A DNA stretch of 57,718 nucleotides, from positions 1-57,718 of IMG/VR virus record IMGVR_UViG_3300044674_004313. One strand, 5' to 3'. Below, piece after piece: positions 38,701-46,097 of this stretch. The position numbers were made by a program, and so were the translations under genes. Numbering within the stretch: position 1 is the stretch's first letter; each line of letters opens with the position of its first letter. A model generated the notes under the pieces. The model did not search any database. It was not told the DNA's origin and worked only from the letters and a program-made list of their open reading frames with translations. The DNA is from a virus. Its lineage: Duplodnaviria; Caudoviricetes.

Positions 38701-39032
38701 ACCCCTCTGCTAGGCATAGCCTAATAGAAATGGACTGCGGCCTGTCCTACGTCGAGGACCTCAATAACGGCAGCAGAGAACGCTGGCTGATCGTAATGTG
38801 GCCTGATGTGGTGAGGCACCTGCTAAGGGGATCAAGCCGATACAGCAAAGACTCCGCAGAACGACTAAAAAGGATGGGAGACTCCAGTCCTAATACTAAG
38901 AACTACCACACGGTACGCCGGCGCCTCGGAGGCCTAACCTCCGTGCTGCGTCCGGGTATCACCGCATCGGATATCACTATCTACGATATCACAGAGATGC
39001 TGGATTCCTGGGATCAGAGAGGTACAACATGA
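35778..39032 (+). CDS. DNA primase-helicase (Zn finger + TOPRIM + P-loop NTPase)
   Basis: CPYH..CFSC, VVEGETD, CDHPD..GD, KDPDE, GARGTGKS and LDEFE motifs. Confidence 0.88.
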   Translation: MSQEKAFRPRSLWRDIGLADWLSALSGSPGEWKIKGKSVVGKCPYHQAYNSTCHVTPEMGVVKCFSCGRSETDPIRFLASATSSSWTEAMKRLGRVANLKLPRKVVQDMHLDELRQTIKGAILSACNTALRVAAKNKDSERNKYAAPLIDFLESRGVPVNDALDKLPIGVLPPRVELVKYLPEELVDHAVAYLESSMTGPNTGALLMAYHKSPTEVTRFKLRADFLRPDGAKSIHYVPDANEDCLGFFGLPFYSAMLWGAKKAGRRAMVVEGETDALAHMVEFQGGLSYEVVIACGGAGASSPDILKEYCGVSEVMLVCDHPDHGGDNIAKLIMSETSMPVKVFSWPPEVEAKDPDEAIKKHGWETWLAAITAKRTDGTIQKWVNFKPAHVWLAGVTKSKLAALDPDDLRGQKEAIGQDGGCLKDPEAQMAYARAVSKMCTLAIGTILELIVGQDDSEEGFIARIMQALREEFFFIGIDGSKGTDTLIRAWHRKKKEPREWRLSRVSELYSQISQDLGAILYWLREAVGVPPALISKPKGGLLSIPEQSTTVSGYMKLALDQLCGELPTIRSLTETKAGAHYVEHDFGSGPEPCWVLVNGHEVYIGKYTDECTLEWSALDGPRLGDRYFNIVRAAWSNEVGSCIDLEAGNSVKHSDIYDFLVSAIHTGWTLKGGLEDCEYLAAAMMVNTISSCLPRQLYTLINGARGTGKSKLLDIIAGSDPTVRLLECTADVQQAYTTAGFRKDMNNCALGAALDEFEDKGDDSHSRAVRGILTDIRGLTNSPICRITRGNVESKEATVYTLRCQVWAGAINYLREEADVSRFMQIHTVRCESKSDPHTTMINTFGQETIQKYRRALSTGMYRLAPTYLKNLTELRATYSQPSVMDALSKEVGVTVPSRFLDGVVVTAAMVACVGLNPHSYILRVIKSKTELLEIITTSTQEQDLLDTILSSKVEHKRPGSESRNTSVRTILSDPSARHSLIEMDCGLSYVEDLNNGSRERWLIVMWPDVVRHLLRGSSRYSKDSAERLKRMGDSSPNTKNYHTVRRRLGGLTSVLRPGITASDITIYDITEMLDSWDQRGTT

Positions 39033-42000
39033 TGAAGCCAAGCGGGTGTCATGCCTGCCCAAACTTTAAAGAGACTACCTTTGAAGTGGGTGTAGGGGCG
39101 AGCCCCTGCGATGTGCTATTCCTAGGAGAGGCGCCACCTCCCTGGGGCGGAGTGTTCAACGACAATGCTGGCCGCTTGGTCAAGCATATGATTACTAAAC
39201 TAGCCAACTCCGAGAGGGTTTCCGGCTCTATCAATGGGCCGCTGCAGGCCATGGCTGCCCGCAGTCACTATATGTACGGAGCTTGCTGCCCAGGTAAGAA
39301 TACCAAAGAGGTGTTCGATGCCTGCGCTAGCAGCTTGGTGTATCAGAAGGTGCACAGCCTGGACCCTAAAGTGATCGTCTGCTTCGGTAGCCGTGCTCTC
39401 AATGGTCTGGGCCTAGACGCCAAGGCAGAGGAGATCCGGGGTAGGATTATTACGGTACAAGTTGCGGGTAGGCCCTTCAAGGTCATGCCCACCTTCAGCC
39501 TAGCTAGGTTGTCAGTTAAGCCCGGCCTATACAGCCTAGTGGAGAACGACCTAAAGAAAGCAGCGGTGGCTGCTGCTGGGTCTAGCGCAGAGGGGCTGGA
39601 TGTTCCCAAGCTGATCGAGGGCTTCGATATTCCAGCTACTCTAGAAGAAGCTATCGCTATCTGTGAGGAGTACGCCAACTACTCTGAGGGTGATAAGCCG
39701 GCAAAGCAGAGCATGATGGCTCTGGACTTCGAGACTACTACTCTCTGGCAGTGGTCTAAAACCGCTAGAATTATCGCTCTATCTGGGTCCGTGGGGCCAG
39801 GTAAATCGTTTGCTGTACCTGTGGATCACAAGGACTCTCCCTATGAGTTTCACGAGATCATCCCCTGGATACTAAAGGTACTAGGCTGCGAGAATCCTAA
39901 GACCTGGTGGAACTACAAGTTCGACTATAGCATGGCATTGTATCCACTGATGCTACGCACGGCGGAGGCTTGTGCTCTACACCCCGGCCTGGAAGAAACC
40001 ATTGAGGAAGTCTCTGGGATGAGTATGGACTACATGCTATCCGAGGGCCCCGTCAGGAACACTAAGTGGGATGGCATGCTGGGCGAGCACATGCTGGATG
40101 AGGACAAGAAAACCTTCTACAGCCTAAAGACCGTGGTAGTGGAAGACCACCCGGAGCTAGTTGGCTACGAAAGCAGCCTCAAGGAAGAACTGGATAAAGC
40201 TAGCGATAGGGAGTTCGAGACCTCATTCTCCAGGGTAGCATCCACGGATCCTAACGAGGTAGAGGGCCTCTACTATCCCGACACCTCACCCATAGGTCAT
40301 GGGTTTGACCTTACTACTGCTGAGGCTGCATCCAAGAAGTATGTGGCCAAGCTAAGGAAGATGAAGAAGGGGCAGAGCGCAGAAAACAAGCAGGCGATTG
40401 ATGGGGCTATTGCAGCTATAAAAGAGTGGGCCTCCGAGTGTAAGAAGGAGCTATCCGCTGCTAAGGCTGGCCTTAAAAAGTTCTTCACTCATAGGAACAG
40501 GCACCGATGGGATGGTAACCCACACTACGACGGTGTTACCTATGAGGAGCCCCCTATGCAGATGATGCTGGAATACGCTGCTGTAGACGCCGACCTAACC
40601 TGGAGGATAAGCTTAGCGCAGCGCCGTAAGGCTTGGTTTGAGCACCCACCTAACAAGGCTAGGGCAGAGGGTAACGCGCCAATGATATCCTTGATGTCGA
40701 GGCATTACCTACCTGCTACTGAGATGCTGGCCCAGATGCAGTACGAGGGGATTCGAGTCGATCCCGAGCACCTAGAATACTGCCAGAGGTCACTAGAGGC
40801 TAAGGTGCAGGAGTGGAGTGAGGCCTTCTACATCAGGGTTCACCGGGATCTAAACCTCACCTCAGATACCATAGACATCCAAGAGAAGCTCCTGGTGTCA
40901 AAGGTGTTTATAGCAGGGTACGGACTTCCAAGGGTTAAGACCACAGAGACGGGTGAGGCTTCCGCAGACGAGGAATCTCTAAAGGAGTACCGGAAGCTAC
41001 TTCTTGCACGAGACGTAGAAGACTACTGCCAGAAGAACTCTATAGAAGAAGCTACCGCAGAAATAGAGGAAGAGCTGCTAAGTAATAATCCTGCGGACTT
41101 GCTACTCAAGGTGAGGAAAGCCTCTAAGGCTCTGACCACCTTTGTGCTGGGTATAAAGAAGGGCTCAGCCTATGACGGGCGGCTAAGGGGTACTATACAT
41201 ATTAATGGTACAGCTACGGGCAGAACCAGCTCTTCCAACCCTAATATGCAGACCTTCCCCAAGAAGCTGGGTGGGATTAACATTAAGAAGTTATTCGTCC
41301 CCACTGATACCTCTTCTGAGGCTAGCGCAACGGAGGTTGCGCTGCGGGAAAAGTACGGGTGGAGCGTAGACGAGGAGCTAGTGGTAGTGGACGTGGACTT
41401 CGGTGGTGCAGAGATCCGGGTCCTTACAGCGTACGCAGACGAGCCCACCCTAATACAGGCCCTCAAAGACGGCTTGGATGTTCACTCCTGGGTGGCTAGT
41501 GAGATATTCGGGGAGAAATATGAGGACATCCAATACTACAGGAACTCTACTAATCCAGAGGAAGCTGAGCTGCGGGACAAGTACACCACTATGCGTAAGC
41601 GTGTTAAGAGCGTTAACTTCGGTCTTATCTACGGCACAGGGGTAAAGGGTCTAAGCGAGGACCTAAAGATCACGGAAGATGAGGCGGCTAAGCTTATGGC
41701 CATGTTCTTCAACAGATTTCCAGGGATCAAAGACTACATCGATAGAATCAAGGCCAAAGTTCGGAGTGACAACCTGCTAAGGACTCCTACAGGAAGAGCT
41801 AGAAGATTCTACACAGCGGGGGCTGGGGGTTGGTACGCGGCCCGGTGCGAACGCCAGGGCATTAACTACCTCGTACAAGGCTTCTGTGGTGAGATTGTCA
41901 TCCGTACTATGATCAACCTCTGGAAGAACCTGCACGAGATTAAAGGTAGAATGATGCTTACCGTGCATGACTCAATGGTATGGGAAATGCCTAAGTCAGA

Positions 42001-42127
42001 AGTACCGAAGCTAAAAGAGTTCCTAGAAGAGAAGGTGGCGCGGTTTATAGAAGCAGAGTTCCCGGAGGTGCCGGTGTCTATGCCTTACGACGTAGAGATA
42101 GGCCCCTCATACGGCGAGGTTAGCTAG
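39029..42127 (+). CDS. polA: family A DNA polymerase with N-terminal uracil-DNA-glycosylase-like domain and 3'-5' exonuclease
   Basis: CHAC...LFLGEAP (family-4 UDG-like); LDFETT, NYKFD and YAAVD (exonuclease); TATGRTSSSNPNMQ, DFGGAEIR, KSVNFGLIYG and TVHDS (polymerase). Confidence 0.95.
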   Translation: MMKPSGCHACPNFKETTFEVGVGASPCDVLFLGEAPPPWGGVFNDNAGRLVKHMITKLANSERVSGSINGPLQAMAARSHYMYGACCPGKNTKEVFDACASSLVYQKVHSLDPKVIVCFGSRALNGLGLDAKAEEIRGRIITVQVAGRPFKVMPTFSLARLSVKPGLYSLVENDLKKAAVAAAGSSAEGLDVPKLIEGFDIPATLEEAIAICEEYANYSEGDKPAKQSMMALDFETTTLWQWSKTARIIALSGSVGPGKSFAVPVDHKDSPYEFHEIIPWILKVLGCENPKTWWNYKFDYSMALYPLMLRTAEACALHPGLEETIEEVSGMSMDYMLSEGPVRNTKWDGMLGEHMLDEDKKTFYSLKTVVVEDHPELVGYESSLKEELDKASDREFETSFSRVASTDPNEVEGLYYPDTSPIGHGFDLTTAEAASKKYVAKLRKMKKGQSAENKQAIDGAIAAIKEWASECKKELSAAKAGLKKFFTHRNRHRWDGNPHYDGVTYEEPPMQMMLEYAAVDADLTWRISLAQRRKAWFEHPPNKARAEGNAPMISLMSRHYLPATEMLAQMQYEGIRVDPEHLEYCQRSLEAKVQEWSEAFYIRVHRDLNLTSDTIDIQEKLLVSKVFIAGYGLPRVKTTETGEASADEESLKEYRKLLLARDVEDYCQKNSIEEATAEIEEELLSNNPADLLLKVRKASKALTTFVLGIKKGSAYDGRLRGTIHINGTATGRTSSSNPNMQTFPKKLGGINIKKLFVPTDTSSEASATEVALREKYGWSVDEELVVVDVDFGGAEIRVLTAYADEPTLIQALKDGLDVHSWVASEIFGEKYEDIQYYRNSTNPEEAELRDKYTTMRKRVKSVNFGLIYGTGVKGLSEDLKITEDEAAKLMAMFFNRFPGIKDYIDRIKAKVRSDNLLRTPTGRARRFYTAGAGGWYAARCERQGINYLVQGFCGEIVIRTMINLWKNLHEIKGRMMLTVHDSMVWEMPKSEVPKLKEFLEEKVARFIEAEFPEVPVSMPYDVEIGPSYGEVS

Positions 42128-42150
42128 CCGCGCAAAAATGCGCACTATAA

Positions 42151-42169
42151 TGGTATAAGCTTACGTTCT
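42151..42169 (+). promoter_or_regulatory. conserved phage promoter-like motif upstream of the non-coding array
   Basis: TGGTATAAGCTTACGTTCT, preceded by CGCAAAAAT as at 25438. No credible CDS follows. Confidence 0.7.
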
Positions 42170-42193
42170 ACTATTGCGCATGCAGAGTGGGAC

Positions 42194-42748
42194 GACTAGT
42201 GCAGGTGAGCCTTAGCAAGCCGGGGATCAGGCTGATACCCGGCGTGCTCTTTCTCTTAGGGCAGGGCCCACGCTGGCCCTGCGTGTTTATGCCAGCAGTA
42301 TGCTGGCGGCTAGTGGAGGGAGTCATAGCTCCCCGGTGTCGGATACCCTCCACCGGGGAGCTCTTCCACGTAAGGCAGGCCTTAAAGGGGCTGCGTGTTA
42401 CTGCCAGTAGTATGCTGGTGACTAGTACAGGGTTGGATGTCCGGACGATCGGGAAGACGATCTTTCCGGACATCTCAACGCAAAGGCACCCTAGCGGGTG
42501 CGTGTTCATGCCGGCATTATGCCGGTGGCTAGTGCAGGGAGTAATATCCCGACGGGTATCCCCCAGATACCCGTCGGTATCTTCCATCTAAGGCAGGATG
42601 CGCTATGGCACACCTGCGTGTTTATGCCGGTACTATGCTGGCGGCTAGTGCGGGAGAGTTGTGTATTCTCGAGCCTCAACCGGCTCGAGAACTCTCTGCC
42701 TCTAAGGCACCTTGAAGGGGTGCGTGCTAATACTGGCTCTAAGCTAGT
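42194..42748 (+). ncRNA. tandem array of five structured ncRNA-like units (106-116 nt)
   Basis: Units at 42194-42307, 42308-42419, 42420-42526, 42527-42642 and 42643-42748. Each is GRCTAGT.. + variable long hairpin + A(A/G)G + GCA..TGC hairpin + GTGYT... + 7-bp hairpin with NTA loop, with compensatory changes between units. Confidence 0.85.
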
Positions 42749-44246
42749 AAAAGGTCATATCGTGGGTAAGAACTTTACAAGCTACCCATGAAAAGACGGC
42801 AGCGTGTAAACAGTCGTCTGGCTTGCTAGGAGAATGTCTCCAGACTTTCTTCCCGGCAGGAGTGACCTCCTCGTACAAAGCCAGGAAATCCTCAAAGGCT
42901 TCGGACATCCGTGGTTCGCCCAGAAAGGCTATACGCTTTTTCTTGATGTCGTAAAAGAAGCAGTCAATGAGAGTGGTCCGGTCCGCAGTGTAGCGGTCGA
43001 TACCATTCCATTTGAGGGGCTTGGTCTGGCTTCCGTACTGAAGCTGGTAGAGGGGACACTGCAGCTTGCTGAGTAAGAGCGAGTTAGCTAGTGCCCCCTC
43101 TCCGGCATCGCCTATTACTAGATTGACACGATACCTAGAAAAGAAGGTGGCGAGTTCATCTACGGTGGAGACGGGGTTCTGGTTAGGAAATACCTTGTAA
43201 TCCACGGTGTTAAATGTTCCACCAGGGGAATTAGAGAAAACCCAGGCTACGGTGCGGGACACACCAGAGGTGCCACCGCCCGACCAGTCTACCCCTCCGC
43301 AGGTAAATCCAGCAGCGGGTAAGGGGGAGTCGGAACAGCAAGCGGCTAGATCATCGACGCCGATGAGCCTAGAACCCACGGAGTCGGAGACTCCCATAAC
43401 CTCATTGTTGAACTTACTCTCCGGGTAAGTCTCAAGTTTATGGGTAATTCGTTCCCAGCGGTGAGGGGCCTGGTTTTGGGGCAGGATAACCTGGGGGATG
43501 TGAAACCCTTGAGTCTTAGCTTTTGGGGCCATATCTACCCAAGTACCGTCGCGAACATCGACGAGAGCTCCGCATGACAAACATGCGAGGCCCTTGTCGG
43601 TTATACCGCGAGAGCTACGGTAGAAAGAGCGTTTGCCGCAAGAGCTGCATCTAATACACCATTCAGACTGGGTAGACTGTTCCCAGATAAACTGAATGGT
43701 GTTCTCCATGGTCTTGGGAGTACCCATGTAGGAGACATACCCAAACCTGGAGTTAGCAAGGCATTCGTTGATAACGGGTACTACTGACTGATAGTCGATA
43801 TCCTGCACCTCGTCGTAGATAACGCGGTCGGCAGAGATACCTCGGACTCGATCAGCATCATCTGAAGCATAGTTAAAGATGAGCTCCGACCCGTTACCCA
43901 GTACCTTAAGGAATACGTTATCGCTGAGAACCCGCCCCATCATGGATCTCAAGTCCGGGGAGTGTTGAATCAGCTTACTAATCCGGGTGTTACTAAAGGT
44001 AGAAGTCTGCTTCTGAGTGGGTGAGATATACAGTGTCTTAAAGTGAGGCACCGCAACAGCTTCGCACACTGTGAACGCAGCAGCAGACACGGACTTCCCT
44101 ACCTGCCTACCGCACATGAGGATGCTTCTAGAGTATTCCCCAGTGTACAGGGCATCGTAGAAGGGATAGTCCCCTAGAGAGAAGTCATCACCATCGAGCT
44201 GAAGAATGGATTCAGCTAGAGCTTTCCTAGAAAGGGAAATAGACAT
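42744..44246 (-). CDS. terminase large subunit
   Basis: CGRQVGKS (Walker A), IYDEVQD (Walker B), GTPKT, Zn-ribbon cysteines, GVDW and PDDCLHA nuclease motifs. Start revised to ATG 44246 (MSISLSRK). Confidence 0.9.
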   Translation of the reverse strand: MSISLSRKALAESILQLDGDDFSLGDYPFYDALYTGEYSRSILMCGRQVGKSVSAAAFTVCEAVAVPHFKTLYISPTQKQTSTFSNTRISKLIQHSPDLRSMMGRVLSDNVFLKVLGNGSELIFNYASDDADRVRGISADRVIYDEVQDIDYQSVVPVINECLANSRFGYVSYMGTPKTMENTIQFIWEQSTQSEWCIRCSSCGKRSFYRSSRGITDKGLACLSCGALVDVRDGTWVDMAPKAKTQGFHIPQVILPQNQAPHRWERITHKLETYPESKFNNEVMGVSDSVGSRLIGVDDLAACCSDSPLPAAGFTCGGVDWSGGGTSGVSRTVAWVFSNSPGGTFNTVDYKVFPNQNPVSTVDELATFFSRYRVNLVIGDAGEGALANSLLLSKLQCPLYQLQYGSQTKPLKWNGIDRYTADRTTLIDCFFYDIKKKRIAFLGEPRMSEAFEDFLALYEEVTPAGKKVWRHSPSKPDDCLHAAVFSWVACKVLTHDMTFY

Positions 44247-45423
44247 GAATAACCTAGATAGTTCTGAGAAGTCCTTCGGGACACTACACGGTATGCCTAC
44301 AGTAGCAGTGGGCCCGTCTAAGAGCCTAATACATACTATGCTATCCCACAACGTAGTCGTACTCTGGGGTGTCGCTGGCATCGGTAAGACTGCAATGGCA
44401 CATCAAGCGGGGGTAAGTATCGGGGGTTCAGTTTACGACTATAACATGGCTCAGCTGGACGAGACTAGCTTCGGGATCCCCCAGAGGCCGGAGGAGGGGG
44501 CTGGCTACTTCGATGTGCTTCCCCCCAAGAAGCTCCACGCAGCTATTGAAGAGGCTAAGGCAGGTAAACCAGTTATTCTGTTCCTGGACGAGATCAACCG
44601 TGCAGACAAGGCTACACTAGCTGTAGCTTGGTCTCTGATTGGTGACCGCACCCTTAACGGAGAGAAGCTCCCAGATAACCTCTACGTTATGTGCGCGTGC
44701 AACCCAGATGACGGGAACTACGAGACTATCGATATGCTTAGTGACCCTGCGTGGCGCCGACGTGGTAGCCACTACTGGGTAGAGCACACCCTAGGTGGGT
44801 GGCTACGCTATGCTAAGAAGGTAGGGATGTCTGAGGAGGTGATCTCCTTCATTGAGATTAACCCAGAGGCTCTACTGGACGAGAAGGCTCGCGCAGCTAA
44901 GAAGCTCTATCCGACCCCCGCGAGCTGGCATAAGGTGAGTAACCTACTGAAGGTGGCTGGCGAAACTGCTGGGATGGTAGAGCCGGCCCTCGCGTCCCTA
45001 ATTGGCTCCGAGCACGCAGCTGCGTTCTGTGACTGGTCTCGAAACAAGGAGTACTCAGTACACCCGAAGGACGTACTGACTAACTTTGCTAAGGTTAAGC
45101 CTATCATCGAGAAGATGAAGAAGGACAGCCGTAGTGATGTTATCACCCGGACAGTCAACTCTGTGGGGCAATACCTCTCAGCTACTGATGACTGGCAGCC
45201 GGACAAGTTCGCTACTGGGTTTATTAAGCTAGCGGGTATGCTAACCGAGGAGACCAAGCATCTCCTGGTTAAGCACCTGATCTCTATGACCACGGACAAT
45301 ACCAGTGGTCAGCGTCAGCGGCACGATGAGCTGGCTACTGCTATCAATACCCACCACCCCAAGGAGTGGCGGGAGCTGTACTCTACGATCGAGCAGATCA
45401 AGAAAGCTGGTCGTAACTTCTAG
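44245..45423 (+). CDS. MoxR-like AAA+ ATPase
   Basis: GVAGIGKT, LFLDEINRA, ACNP, DPAWRRR and PTPASW motifs. Start revised to ATG 44245. Confidence 0.88.
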   Translation: MNNLDSSEKSFGTLHGMPTVAVGPSKSLIHTMLSHNVVVLWGVAGIGKTAMAHQAGVSIGGSVYDYNMAQLDETSFGIPQRPEEGAGYFDVLPPKKLHAAIEEAKAGKPVILFLDEINRADKATLAVAWSLIGDRTLNGEKLPDNLYVMCACNPDDGNYETIDMLSDPAWRRRGSHYWVEHTLGGWLRYAKKVGMSEEVISFIEINPEALLDEKARAAKKLYPTPASWHKVSNLLKVAGETAGMVEPALASLIGSEHAAAFCDWSRNKEYSVHPKDVLTNFAKVKPIIEKMKKDSRSDVITRTVNSVGQYLSATDDWQPDKFATGFIKLAGMLTEETKHLLVKHLISMTTDNTSGQRQRHDELATAINTHHPKEWRELYSTIEQIKKAGRNF

Positions 45424-45445
45424 TAGCTTGAGGGCTGTAGCACTA

Positions 45446-46096
45446 CTAGCTGCCGCTCTCTTTTAGCTGAGAGAGCATGTCCCTACTTAGCTTATTCATA
45501 GCAGAGCAGTAAGCTGCTATCTCCTCTTCTTTACGTTTTAACACCGTGTTCGTAGCAGTGTCCGCTAAGTCCTCGGGCTTATCAAAGAACCTGTGGTAGA
45601 CGTCACTAACGAAGGAGAGGTTGGCTGGTGGCTTAGGAAAACCGTGCACTGCCGCACACCCAGCTACAAACACCTTAACTGATTCCCCGTACAGTGGGGT
45701 GAGATCTGTAGCATTCTCGTATATAGAGTACAAACGGTTTAACTCATCTAGCGCATAACATATCTGAGCGGGGCGAAGAGGGTCAACTATCTCCGGTATA
45801 GCCAGCTCTGAGTTAAAAGACTCTGCTATAGCGCTGAAAGCCCTATCATCCCACAGAAAGCTGCTACTATGCACTGCAGCTATCCCCGCTAGCAACTGAT
45901 CCCGTAACATAGCACTAGGCAAGCAATTGTTATCGTCTAAGTAGTCAAAGGTAGTCTCATATTCCCACAAGAAAACCTTGCCGCCGGTTATAATATCCGC
46001 AGCCACTACTATGGGCGTGGCCGGAGTCCGGTCGGACCTGCACAGAATCTTTCTTGCGTATTCCGTGTTTGAATACCTGTCTCCGGCCAGCCGCAT
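45446..46096 (-). CDS. hypothetical protein (216 aa)
   Basis: Coupled to the upstream minus-strand gene. Confidence 0.7.
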   Translation of the reverse strand: MRLAGDRYSNTEYARKILCRSDRTPATPIVVAADIITGGKVFLWEYETTFDYLDDNNCLPSAMLRDQLLAGIAAVHSSSFLWDDRAFSAIAESFNSELAIPEIVDPLRPAQICYALDELNRLYSIYENATDLTPLYGESVKVFVAGCAAVHGFPKPPANLSFVSDVYHRFFDKPEDLADTATNTVLKRKEEEIAAYCSAMNKLSRDMLSQLKESGS

Positions 46097-46097
46097 A

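Noticed and set aside
42194-42748. CRISPR array or tRNA cluster interpretation
   Set aside because: Repeats are degenerate and multipart, the variable parts are self-complementary hairpins, there is no cas1/cas2 or effector gene, and there is no cloverleaf or T-loop consensus.
42171-42791. ORFs 42171..42587(-), 42187..42591(+) and 42498..42791(+) over the array
   Set aside because: They lack an RBS. Unit lengths are mostly not multiples of 3, so the repeated peptide (CVFMPA..WRLV) shifts frame. Variation preserves base pairing rather than codons.
44247-44381. N-terminal extensions in the ORF track, e.g. terminase to 44381 (also starts at 32257, 34011, 44206, 47043 and 50333)
   Set aside because: They overlap neighbouring genes extensively; downstream starts with an RBS or translational coupling fit better.
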